This document shows, piece after piece, positions 24,901-36,900 of a stretch of 37,061 nucleotides of DNA (within the stretch, counting starts at the first letter, position 1; each line of letters opens with the position of its first letter). The position numbers and the translations under genes were made by a program. The notes beneath the pieces were generated by a model. The model was not told where the DNA came from, made no database searches, and saw nothing but the letters and a program-made list of their open reading frames with translations. The DNA is from Atractiella rhizophila. Taxonomy: Eukaryota. The DNA lies in the NCBI GenBank assembly GCA_021432655.1, contig MU271633.1, positions 1-37,061 of the forward strand, read 5' to 3'.

Positions 24901-25985
24901 TCAAAGTCGAGTGCTGAATATTTTTTCTCTTGCTCCTTCCTCTCCTGCTCCCTCGCCTTCCGCTTGGCCACAACTCCTTCGGCTTCTGAATCGGAGAAAT
25001 CGAGACTCTTCATACTATGAATGCTTCGAGGACGTCGACGGATGGATTCGGGGACTATGCGAGGGGAGGCAGACTGAGGACGATCGGGAGGGGTAAGTTG
25101 CCCCGTTTCAGCCGCTTGTCCTCTGGACGAGGAGGGATTTCTAGGGAAGTTGAACGATTCAAAGCGTCTCCCGATCCGTGGGGGAGCTTTTAGCTCGTCG
25201 TCGATACTCTCGAAAGTCTCTCCAATCGTGAGCTGGGACGGACCTGCACTCATGCCCCTGTTCAGCACGTCAGGCAGACTTCGAGTCTCGAGCCTTTCTT
25301 CTTCGTCTTGCTGATTCGAAGATCCAGCTTCAGCACTCTTCAGGAAATTCTGGAAATCAAATTCGCTCTTCGCTCTTCCACGTTCCTGGGCTCTCACTCC
25401 ATGATGCTTCGCCGTCTGACCACCGGAGAGGTTCTTCATGAACTCGTCCAGTCCATAATCCTTCGCCAGCTCTTCTTCCTCCTGAGGTTCCTCGTTCACG
25501 ATTCCTCCAGCTCCGCTGTTTTCAAAGAAAGCAGGTAAATCCAACGTCCTGCTCCCCGGTGTTCCCGGGCCATCCATAGGAGGAAGATCGAGCACTTTAC
25601 TACCTCCTCCAAACTTGAAGTCGCTAACCATACTATTAGGACGAAAAGTGCTGATCCTCTTGTCCCTCATCGCTACCTCAGCGTCTGGACCAAAATAATC
25701 ATCTTGTTTCTCTTCCACCTCCGTAGTCTTCTTCTTTAAGAATGGAGATAGTATGGCGGATTCGGCCGCTCGCTTCCTGCTACCAGGAGGTCGCGCAGCA
25801 TCCGGTTCGTCTTCATCGTCGTCGTATTCGATCAGCGCGGCGGCTAGCTGGATGCGGGAAAAGAGAGGAGCGGAGGGAGGTGGAGGCTTTACAGGAGGAG
25901 GGGAGGGTAGTGGTGGTGCCTTCGTGTTGGGAGACGGAGCAGCAACATTGGATTTAGAGGAGTGCGAGCGCTTGAATAGAGGCAT
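21978..25985 (-). CDS. Large disordered protein with RGRPKS and DDDVPL repeats and a Gly/Met-rich tail; 3 coding exons
   Basis: The 829-, 119- and 337-aa ORFs are joined by GT-AG introns near 23509-23458 and 23128-23073. The start is probably MPLFKR at 25985, after a 5' UTR intron. Confidence 0.8.
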
Positions 25986-26706
25986 AACTGGCACCTATGG
26001 TTCTAAGTTGATAAATCAGCTGCTTTGTAGGAACTCGATATCATGAGCTTTGCGTCCACCATCCATACATTTGCGTTGGTTACAGCATGCTTGCTTGGCT
26101 GCACTGTGGAGCAATGAAGCAGAAACTGCAAGGTAGCCATACCACGGCTCGTTATATGGCATATGATGGCTTTTAAACGTCAATCGACTAAGCTCTCTAG
26201 CTCCGACTGTGGTATGGAGTTGCAGGTTGCAAATTACTCGCTACAGTAGCTTGCTCCTGCACCAATCTCGCCGGTATTTGTACAACCATACCACTTGGAG
26301 ATGTCTCCTCAAGTGTTCATCTGGATCTCATTGACAGAGCTGGAGGGAGAGCACTCTGGGCAACCACGAAACGAACACGAACAGCAGCTGTCTCCCCAAT
26401 ACTGAGATTCAACTAAACGCACCTTGCCTTAGAACCCAGAACAGACTCAAATGGACCTCAAATACTGAAAATATCCTCACGAAATAAACCTCGGTAACCT
26501 GTTCCACCCTGCTACTGCACAACTGTGCTTCCCAAAATGGTGCAGCGGTCGGAAGTGCTAGACCATCCTCTTCCCGATATGAAAAGACATTGATTTCACA
26601 TTGGCACTTTAGCCGACTTCAGCGCTTCAGCTTTGTAATGTACATGATTGCCTAATGTAGTCATGGGCCAAACTGGCCATATGTGAACACCATGAATATG
26701 AATTTA

Positions 26707-28502
26707 CTATCCCAGCGCACTTAGATCCAGACGACCGACAACGTCATCGGCATTCACACCATTCACATCCCTCCAGCTATAATCCGTGAAAAGGTTCTGA
26801 AACCACCGCGTGCCATCTTTCCCTCCATCGTCTCGACTTAAAGAGCCTCCGTCCTCCAAGTCTTCGAGGAGCTCCTGAGTGAGGGCGATGTTGAGGTTCT
26901 CGGCGAGAGCGACGTCGAGCGTCGTCGCTCCTTTTGGAGCGGGCGGGAGAGAGGAGAAAGGATCTTCTTGCTCTTGGGCGGGTGAAGATTCGGCGGACGG
27001 GTTGGTTTGAGAGGTTAAGAGGAGGACGATACGGTCTGCGAGAGCTGGAGAGGCGTAGTATGGCGTGTAGAGGATGGATAGTCCGGAAGGAAATGTCTTC
27101 ATTCGAATCAAGGGAGAACTGGACACGGTTGAAAGGTGTCGGGATGCTTTGAGGAGATCTTCCGGCGAAACAAGAGCTAAGGCGCGCTGGTTCAGAACAA
27201 GATTGAGAAGAGAGTAAGAGAAGGTACTGACAAACACGACGTGCGCGATTCCAAGCGCACCAAACTTCATCGAGACTCATGATCCCCTTCCCACGCTCGT
27301 CAGCCATCAACCCTTCGCCTTCTCTTCCGCCCTTGAGGCGAACACCGCGTCCGTTGAGGACGCCGACCAGCTCTCGACATAGCTCCAGTCCGTCTCCATC
27401 CATCACTGCTGGCTCGACCAAACCGAGAGACAGCAGGGTGCTCTTAATACTGGTGGTATCCGTTCCCGCCGATTGTGCCTGATCGAGCTTGGTGCTCAAT
27501 GCTTGCGCTTCAGTCAATGCATCCTTGTATCGGTACATGAGAGTGTCGAGGTCCGCGAATGCGGATTGGAGGTCGGAGCGCTGGGTTTCTGCTTCGATGT
27601 CAATGCGCTTGATGAGCCCATCTAACATCGCCCCCTCAGCGACTTAAGTCGAGAGTAAGAGGGAAAGCATACCGATCCCTATGAGAATCTCTTTCTTTGC
27701 TTCCTTACCAGCACCGGCGGCGGTCTGAGGAGTGGGGAGAGTGACCCAGGCGCGACGTGAGATGGCCCGCTTGAGATCCTCGTAGAACTTTTATCCCCTC
27801 CTTGTCGAAAGCTCAGTCGAACCTCTTCCTCCTTTGCCGCTGATGAGGGAACGGTCGCTGGGAGAGAGGCTGAAGCGAGGGCAGATCCGCATATCTCGCA
27901 ATGGGAGAGGGAAGGATGGTTGAGGTACGTGCACGCCGGACAAGATATCCGTATGTCGTCTGGAGTTACGGCAGGAGCGGAAGGCGAAGAAGAAAGGGAT
28001 GTGACGGCGGGCGAAGGATTTGGGGTAGACGACGACCGCTTGACTCCGCAGAGGGTGCATTTCGCGTGTTCGGCGCCATTCGAGAAAGCGCAAATGCTGC
28101 ATACCCAACTCGCACCTGCCTCCACGTCGTTCGACTCTGCGATATCTGCGGATGAGGTCGACTGCGGCCCGAGGAGGAGTGTGATTTTGGCGCTTGAGCG
28201 CAAGAAGCCGATCCAGGATTCGGTGCGTCGGACGTCCTTGAGGAGGATGTAGAAGGATTCATGCTCGGGACGTGTGGGATGGTGGTATATCAGCCGGTGG
28301 GACGTGAGATGGACGGTGCCTGATGGATGGGATGGTTCCTTTGACTTTCTGGCCACGGCGTGCCATGAGTAAGGCTTAGAAGGGACAGTAGAAGATTGAC
28401 AAACCCACGATAGATGCCTACTGCGTCCTGGGAAAGCAGTATAGACTCGTTCGCGTAGAGCTGAGCGGAGAGATGCACTGTCGATAAGCTGTGCAAATAC
28501 AT
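26707..28502 (-). CDS. VPS36: ESCRT-II subunit Vps36 (split GLUE domain, two NZF zinc fingers, EAP30 winged-helix region); one frameshift
   Basis: Motifs LLSQDAVGIY, GTVHLTSHRLIY, WVCSICAFSN...CTLCG, CPACTYLNHPSLSHCEICG, LSFRQGG, AFADLDTLM, WNRAR and DDGGKDGTRWF. The frame breaks near 27790. Confidence 0.93.
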
Positions 28503-29062
28503 TATGTCTTTTTATTCATGTCTTGATAAGTGAAGTATCCGACTCCATCGGCATCTCCGCTCCACTTCTGCTTTGGATATCCGATCAATGTTAGCGACAC
28601 TCCGCGGCTTCAAAGGGACGACCATCACCTGTCAGCAATCGGCATCTGCCACCTGACCTGTCGCTACTTTGAACTACTCCGGACCCCAGACGTCAGGCCA
28701 TCGGGTCACGAATCTCGGACAGACTCCGACTCATCCCAGGCAATGGTAACAAGCATGCACTGAGGCCACTTTCAAATTCAAATATTCAGCCTCCCAGCTT
28801 ATTTCAAACCGCCATCTCCAACGAGCACGGCGATTACTCCAGGGCTGAGTAGAAAGGGCCGTATCCAAGCAAGTGCGCCAGTGTAAGTCGTCTCCGTCGG
28901 TATGATATCTCCGGAGTGAGCGAGCGTTCAGGCTGGACACGGCGTACTCGGATTAATCATCTACAATACACCTTTAAGCTGGCCTTCAGCACGCCATACT
29001 GCTAGTCGGCTCCACGCCACCTACGATTTCAGCTCTCCTCTGAACCACATCGCCGAACCAAC

Positions 29063-30168
29063 ATGCTCCCTCGGCCTCTCGTCATTTCCCTTCTCGCCAT
29101 CGCCGTCTCCGCCGTGCCCACGAACGTCACCGTGGACGACGCGGATCCCTCCATTATCTATAGCGGGGTCTCTTTTTCCTTTTTGCTCTTAGGACTCCTT
29201 GCTCATGGGTTAAATATAGGTGTGGACCACGCAGTTCTCTGGCGTTTCAAATTTCGACCAAACCCTCCATTCCTCCTTTGACCAAGCCGCCTTCGCATTC
29301 TTTCAGTTCAATGGCACCGCCATACGATATTCGACGGACCACGGACTGGCCCAGTGTGTAATGGATGCGGACAGCACTCAGGCGGTTCGTTTATTTCTCC
29401 ATCGTTTCAAACAGGGACGCAGTGTGATGAATATGCAGATCACTTTCAATTCTTCAGCTCCAGAGTTCAATGGACAGCAGACTCTCTGCACGTTCACACA
29501 GCTCGACGCTACCGTCACTCACTCCATCACCATTCGTAATTTAGAAGCCAAAGGTGTGTTTTTCCCGTCACAATGATGACTCCGGATTTAATGACTCCAC
29601 GGCAGGTGTGGATGTGGATGCCTTCATCTACACCTTCGATCCAGATCCCAATGGCTCTCTCTCGTCGACCACGAGCACCCTGCGCTCCTCAACTCCGACA
29701 TCGCACTCTACGCCAACGTCCAGCACCACTACTAAATCCTCCAGCTCAAATAACCTCGCTCCCATCATTGGCGCCGCGGTTGGAGGCGTCGTGGCTGCCT
29801 GTCTCCTCGCCGCCCTCTTCTTCTGGTGCCGGCGTCGCCGTCGTCAGTCCAACTCGAAGGCGGAGTACCCGACAGGAACACGACCCGACGTAATCTCCCC
29901 TCCTCCGCCGGCTCCTTACACCATCGATTTCAACACGGTCATGCCTGACATGTCCATGGCTGCACCCGCGAGGTTGGCGAGCACGACCCCGTCACAGTCT
30001 ATTTCTCGAATGAGCAATGGCACGCCTGGTGCTCGGTCGACAGCGAGCGGTGGCCTGAGGCAGAGTTTCGGCGTGCAGAGAAGGCTGTCTAACGTCGATA
30101 AGGTACCGGATACCTACGTCGACTTCAGAGGAGGGGTGATGTATGCCGGCAATCCCCCGACTTCTTAA
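29063..30168 (+). CDS. Type I membrane protein: signal peptide, extracellular 'VDDxDPxIxY' domain, Ser/Thr stalk, single TM helix, basic stop-transfer and PPxxxY-type tail
   Basis: Begins MLPRPLVISLLAIAVSA, then NVTVDDADPSIIYSG|VW...FQFNGTAI...HSITIRN...DAFIYT, then IIGAAVGGVVAACLLAALFFWCRRRRR. Three introns. Confidence 0.85.
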
Positions 30169-30837
30169 CTCATCAACTTTTTTCCTTGTGTAAAAGGAGG
30201 ATCCGACTACCGTGCCGTGAACCTCATCATATGACCTTGTCATCGATTTACCCTTTTCCAAGGTCGAGGCAATCCACTACGCTGCTTTGAACTAAAACTC
30301 GCATCGTTTTATTGCTTATTCACACTTGAGTACTTAGGTTTTTGTGTTTCAGTTCGCACAGCATGGGATCGCTCATATATCTACTTGCAGTTTTGGTGCT
30401 CCTGTTTCTTCGAACTTTATCGTTTTCTGCCGTAATAATCCTGTTGATATCTCTCCTTCCCATGGAACCTTCTAATATGATACAACAATGGGATTCGCCT
30501 ACGAATCTACCAACCGTCCTGTCTTGTTCCGAGGCTGCGACCTCCATAACTTGTTCATCGCTGTCAGAATATTTTGCTTGCAGTGTATGGTTTTCGCTCT
30601 TGGATCAATCGACCAGAACATCTGCCCTTCGTTTGCTCACAAGTCCGGAATCTTCCAATTGGTTCCTCGATCCATCAGAAAAACGGTCTTACAAGCTTCC
30701 TCCTCGGGCGAGCTCGAGATGCAATCAGCTCTGAAGTCTATATAATCAGAACTCTGACATGTCAAAAGACTTCCGTAAAGACTCCACGTCCTTTATTTCG
30801 CCTATCCAGTCGCTCATTTTGTTCAACTTCGATATCC

Positions 30838-32774
30838 ATGCACTTTTCAATCCTTCTCGCCGTGGCAGCCTTCGCCAGTGCTGCCCAAATCAACAAATCC
30901 CTTTTCCCCAAAGGAGCCCTAGACAAAACGACAGTCATCCCGAACGTACATCTAGGTCCCGTCAATTTCACTAACAGTCGGCCACAAGATGAACGCCTCC
31001 AGCCGACCAAAACCGTCCAGTCCCAGACTTACAGTCACTTTGTAGCCGTGAACGTAACCTCGGCTCGTGGGGGACGATTGCTCCAACCTATCGCCCACAG
31101 CGGTAACGTCAAGGCTGGTTCCCTGAAAGGGGAGGTCGGGAGTCGCGGTGGTATTCTACTCCGTCCCGTCCATTGGACAGCGAGCCCCCAGCAGTTTCAG
31201 AAATCCACGACCCTTGTTGGGGAAGAACAAGCTCCTCGAGGTGGAATATTACTGCACGAGTCTACCACCCTCGCCCTTGTCCCCGATACGCAGTTAGCAG
31301 CCGATAGTTCAGAAGAGTATCAGAAGGCTACGACCTTGGTGGAAGGGGATCAATCTGTTCGAGGCGGTAAATTGCTGATCGAATCTTCCTCTATCATTCC
31401 GGTCGAAGGTACGAAGTCAGCCATTATTCCTTCCGAAGAACAGCTCCTCTCGTCCATCGCGAATAAGGAAGAAGGCGAAGATGTCATGAAGTTGGTACCA
31501 GTCGGTGAAGAGTCGTCGCGTGGAGGAATTCTTTTGGATTCGGTGACTGTGCCTGAAGATTCGCAAGAGCTGGGTCAGAAGCTTGTGCCAGAATCGTTCA
31601 GTTCCAACACTGTCCATGGTGAATCCGAGGAGGCGAGTAAGAAGTTTGTTCCCGTCGGCCAGGAATCACCTCGAGGTGGAACTCTAGTTACAGCCGTTTC
31701 TTCTACCACCATCGCCCCCCCTTCTGTGGTGTCGAACACAAGCATTTCTACTCTCGCCGATTATGAGGCTGCCGGGGGAATCACAGATTCGCAGATCTTG
31801 AACTTTGCGCTGTCCTTGGAGTATCTTGAGCACAGGTCTGCTCACACTCTCATTATTCTTTCTTTTGGTTAAAAGTTTGCCGCAGTTTTTACACTCAAGC
31901 CTTGAAGAAATTCTCTGCCAATGCTTTCGCTCAAGGGGGGTACAAGAGCAGTGTACGACGCAAGCTTCAAACGATGCACAGGGAAGAAGGAGAACACATC
32001 GAGTTTCTGAAAGGAATATTAGGCTCTGATGCCCTAAAACCCTGCACCTACAAGTAAGTCGCTTTCTTCCTCGATGAACCGCACCCACTCGGGTAAAAGG
32101 TTCAACATCAAGGATGTCAAACAAGTGATGACGCTCAATCGAATCTTCACCGGAGTCGGTGTCTCCGCTTATATTACCTCTTCCGCCCTCCTTGATGCCC
32201 ATGCCTATGTTCGTGCAGCGGCGTCCATCCTCTCTGTCGAAGCTCGTCAAGCTAGCTGGTCTGCCAACCTCATCGACGGCGAAGCCTTTCCTACGGGTTT
32301 CGATAGTGCCCTGTCCCTCGCCGGAGTCGCGTCTCTTGCGAAAAGCTTCGTCGTTAACTGCCCCAAGGAGAATGCATCAAAGATTGGAAACATCACGAAG
32401 GGAAGCAGTGCTTGGAAGACGTTGACGGTGAAGGGGAAGACAGTCGCGGGAGAAAAAACGGAACTGGTCTTTGACAGGAAGATGGGGAAGCCGTATTGGG
32501 CAGCGTGGATCCACGAGATGAGGTTAGTTTTCTGTCATCCTCTTTGGGCTCTTCTGAAAGATCGAGTTAGTGTTGATTTTACTAAGATCAATGCGAGAGG
32601 TGAAACTGTGGTATGCCTTCTTACAAGCCTGCCCCGAGGATGCGCTGATTTTTGGGTCATGGCCAGATCCCAAATGGTCTGAAGGGGCAAGTTTATGTGG
32701 CGATTACGAAGAATCGGGACGAGCGAATTCGTGATAGTGATGTTCTTGCAGGGTTGGCTGTGGTTGATCTGTAA
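30838..32774 (+). CDS. Secreted Rds1-like ferritin-fold protein with a repetitive N-terminal extension
   Basis: Signal peptide MHFSILLAVAAFASA. Ferritin-like region ITDSQILNFALSLEYLE.FY, EEGEH, PCTY, GVGVSAY, AAASILSVEAR, and C-terminus IPNGLKGQVYV...LAGLAVVDL*. Confidence 0.85.
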
Positions 32775-32991
32775 ACGCAAGTTTCTAAAGCTTTGAGTAT
32801 TCTATGTTCTTTTATCAGCAAGCATGTAGGAAATTGAATGTTGACCGTAGTATTATTAACACTTGCAAATGTCCTCGCATGAAATGGTTTCGGAAAGTTG
32901 CAGGTCCTGAACAGCTAGCCTTGAATGTGCCACATTGGATCTCCTCAGAAGAATTGCACGGGCACATTAATGCTGAACATAATCTATCAGT

Positions 32992-33671
32992 CTATCGTAG
33001 CGACGAAACTAGCTCCTATTGACCATTCTTGGTCTGTCACGTGTCTCACTCAAAGGTAGGAAACGACAAACCCTTTCAACCTTTTGAACTGCTTCCTTGA
33101 ATTGTCCAACACGAGAAGCACAATCAAGAGTCCGGTCGGGGTTTGTTCTGTTCGCGGACGATTGTTCATCTCACCTAGACAATATTCAAAAGGAACGCAC
33201 TTGTAACACTCAACAACCTCCTGACGTGCTTTCCACACACTGGGCCAGCTGGTTTCCAGATTCCTCTCCTCCTTCAATCGTTCCACCTTCCTCCTTACCT
33301 CCTCCAAGTCCCCCTCCAGCAGCACGCTACTTGTGATCCCATCCTCGACCTCCTTATCCAAGTTCTCCTTCTCCAGCTCTGCCGATATCTTCGCAGCTAT
33401 CTCATCTTCCTCGGCTCGTAGGTTTTCGACTTCGCGAGCAATTTTCGAGCGTATGTGAGAGTCTAGGACCTCCTGGCGAGACTGGGTAGGGGTAGTTGAA
33501 GGTGAACCTGGCGAGTTGGAGGAATGTGAAAGCTCGGATATGACGCTGTTTGAGAACTGCCTTCCTGCGTCAGTTGTTGCAAAAAGTATGCAATGAAGAA
33601 TTACGGACACCGACAGAGGTAGGATAGCTCTCCTCCTGCGAACCCGCTTCTTTTGAGCCAGAAGACCCCAT
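32992..33671 (-). CDS. MIC19: MICOS subunit Mic19 (DUF1690); 4 exons
   Basis: Myristoylation-type start MGSSGSK, then FSNSVISEL, RQEVLDSHIRSKI...ELEKENLD, a C-x10-C motif (VVECYKTNPDRTLDC) and ELVSSLR*. Confidence 0.88.
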
Positions 33672-33782
33672 CTTGCCAATTTACTTTCTGTTAGTCTCGA
33701 ACCAAACCAACAGTCATTGAGTCATTCTTTTACTGTCGAGTCATCCAATCAGGTCCTCTTTGCTGCTACCTTTTGAAAGACG
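33672..33782. promoter_or_regulatory. Compact bidirectional promoter between MIC19 and GCD2, containing TGAGTCA
   Basis: 111 bp between the divergent ATGs; TGAGTCA at 33718-33724. Confidence 0.55.
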
Positions 33783-35308
33783 ATGTCCCCTGCTCCCACT
33801 CCAGCAAGCGCTCTTCCCAGCACGGGCAAGGCGAACTCAAAGCAGGATAAGAAAGCAGATAAAGCAGCACGCCGGCAGGCAGCAAAAGGAGCCGCACCCG
33901 CTCCCCCTTCAACAACCAGCTCAGCAAAGCCGTCAAATGGACCGACAATCAACGTCAATGTCAACAAAGCGCCTGCGATCACAACGTCCGCCGCGCCAAA
34001 CAATAGATCTACGAAAGAAAAGCTACCCGTAACTCCAACCGCCACAACAGTCGCTTCAGTATCAAGCGCTATCGATCAGCCCTCTCATGCCATTTCTTCG
34101 CTCTTGACCCATCTCCCGTCTGCTACCAAACCGAATAATGTCCTACCTCCGAATCCAGTGCACCCCAAAGTTCAGGCGCTAGCGCTTGAATATTCTACTT
34201 TCGCCATAGCTGGGAGCAATGCTCGAGCAATTGCTATGCTTGAGGCTTTTAAACAGGTATGTCTTCCTCACAACCTGCGTCTGCTACTAAGTTGCACAAA
34301 CCAGGTCATTAGAGACTATCGAACACCGAAATCTGAAGCTCTATCGCGGCATCTTCTCTCCCATATATCGCACCAAATCTCCTACCTCGTTGAGCGAAGT
34401 CGGCCACTGAGCACCAGCATGGGAAACGCCATCCGATATCTCAAATGGGAGATCACAAAATTGGGCCAGGAGAAACAACGAGGAGAGGACGAGGTACCAA
34501 ACACTATTTTCGATAAAATTTGACTCACAGATCCTAGGCAAAGGCGCATTTGATAGAAACGATTGACTACTTCATTCGAGATCGAATCGTCCTTGCTGAT
34601 AAGATCATACAAGATATCGCTTGCTCCCGTATTAAAGAAAGCGAAGTAGTGATGGTATATGGACGGTTTGTTTATAACCCCTCTCTGTTCGTCTGTGGCT
34701 TGACGCAAAACTATAGGTCGTCGGTCATTGAATCTGTCCTTCTTGCTGCACATCGAAGCGGCAAAAGGTTTTCCGTCATCGTGGTGGACTCGCCACTCCT
34801 CCACGAAGGACGTACCCTTCTTCCGCGTTTGCTGTCCCTTGCTCCGGCAATCAGTGTAACCTATCTCCTCCTTCCATCCGTCGGTTCACTTCTCCAGTCT
34901 TCAACCCCTCCCACGCTTTTCCTTTCTGGCGCACACACAATTTTCTCGAACGGGAGCGTCATGGCTCGATCCGGTACATCTCTCATTGCTTCTTTAGTCA
35001 ACAAGAAAGGAGGGATACCGGTTGTATTCTGCTGCGAGACATACAAGTTTTCTGAAAAGGTTGCCCTTGAGAGCGTCGTCATAAACGAGCTTGGTTGGTC
35101 CCCTCGCCCCTCCCGCCTGCTCTCAGCTAACCTTGTTCGTATTGCAGCACCTAAAAAGAAAGGCGGGATGGAGAACGAGCTGCTTTACGACGTTACCACA
35201 AGCAGCAATGTCACTTGTGTCATTTCTGAGGCTGGAATGGTACCTGTGGAAAGCGCCGCAATTTTGCTTAGAGAGTTTAAGCCTATTCTTGCTGGAGCGG
35301 AGAGCTAG
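33783..35308 (+). CDS. GCD2: Translation initiation factor eIF2B delta subunit; 5 exons
   Basis: Motifs VHPKV...IAGSNARAIAMLEAFKQVIRDY, RPLSTSMGNAIR, FSVIVVDSPLLHEG, FSNGSVMARSGT, PVVFCCETYKFSEKV and LLYDVT. Confidence 0.93.
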
Positions 35309-35474
35309 GTTTACTAGGTGCAGGAGATAAAATGTATAGCAGTCATAGCTTTTTCTTGTATGAAAAGGAGATTGGATCAGCTTGAATTTGAAACTAGACG
35401 TCACGGACAAAATATGCACAATATACACCACAAGTCCAAATCATGCAGAGAGACATCAAGCGGATAGAGCGGCA

Positions 35475-36523
35475 CTACGGCTTCGGAATCTTGAGGGTCT
35501 TAGACACCATCGCCGCTGCCCAAGCGCCATAAACAGCGCTGAACCAATGTACTTCCAGGCCTGTCGTGTTGTACAGTCCAGCCCATATACCAAATGGCAG
35601 TCCTTTTTCTCCTAAATACTCTCCACGTCGCAAACAAATCGCCCAGAGCCCAATAACAACAAGGGAGGTGGGTATTGGGAGACCCTCGAAATATTTGGAC
35701 TTGCCGCTTGCGTCTTTGGGGAGGGAGGCGACTGTTGCGTTGAAACGAGCGAGACGAGCGATGCCACAACAAATGAACATAGTCAAGATGGAGACATCGA
35801 GAGGGGTGCGGAGGCCCATCGTGAATCCTACTAGAGCGGGAGCAACTCCGAACGACAGCTATGGCACCTTATTAACGAAGCAAAGAGAGGTTAAAAGATG
35901 GTTGAATAACGAACTGAGTCGGCGAGAGAGTCGAGTTCCTGTCCAAGCATCGAAGACTCATTGCGCCAGCGTGCAACTTTGCCGTCCAAAAAGTCGAAGA
36001 TCAGCCCACCCAGCGGAAAGAACAAGGATGCCCAAAGATGGGATTTGTCGTTGGACAGCAGATAATTGGCCGACGAAAAGACGGACATCGAGCCGCACAC
36101 GCCATTCATGAGTGTGACAAGATCTGCAACTCGGAAGTTGCTACGCAGCGCCTCTCAGCCCATTCATAGTAAAACGTAGAAAGCCTCACCGAACTAAGGA
36201 GAAATGCCTGTCATCGTCAACGAACTGCTTGAGGTGCTGCTGTTCACTCTTCTGCTTCTCAGTCTTCTCTTCCTCAACAGCTACCGAATCGCTGCTTCCA
36301 TGGCCCTTTAGCGCACCCAGAATATCTTGCTTCCCCTGTGCGATATTTACACTCTCACGTCGTGAGGCCAATGCTTCTGCAATGGCTTCAGTGGGAGGTG
36401 AGGGTGCCGGTTTTGCGGAGATAGGTCCTTCTGAGGGAATAGTAGCGGTATATTCAGCAGCAGTTCCTGGACCGGGATAAATGCCTGTCAATCAGAAGCT
36501 GCGATGGGATGCTAACCAGGCAT
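35475..36523 (-). CDS. CHO1: CDP-diacylglycerol--serine O-phosphatidyltransferase (phosphatidylserine synthase)
   Basis: [22 protein letters not shown], the CDP-alcohol motif [40 protein letters not shown] and SKTLKIPKP*. The start codon depends on a 32-nt first intron and is less certain. Confidence 0.95.
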
Positions 36524-36900
36524 AATGTATCACGTATGAAGTTTTTCGCTTGCTTGTTTTTGAGCTTTCGGTTTTTCGTCACAACAAAGTTAGTCGTAAG
36601 TTACGGGGGCAGACAGGTGTCGTTATTGGGGAGCAAGTAGGCGCTCCTTAGTGGTCAGTGGTCGTGGTCGATTTCGTGGTCGTTTTGAGACATTACATCA
36701 CCAAGCTTCGCATTCTTCTGCGCATCTTTCAGGAGGAGTCAAGGCGTAATCAGGTTCCATACCACATCCTGGTCCTAGGATTTCATGCTGCGGCATGGTT
36801 TAGCTACGTTCTAAGGATCGATCCCTTCCGATTCGTATATAACACTTCTGGTCGATCCTTATGACAACTAAACTCGTTCGTGTTTGAGTAGGCAACGAAA

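Noticed and set aside
30574..30837. N-terminal extension of the 432-aa ORF
   Set aside because: It begins at a non-ATG codon, and the ATG at 30838 gives a clean signal peptide.
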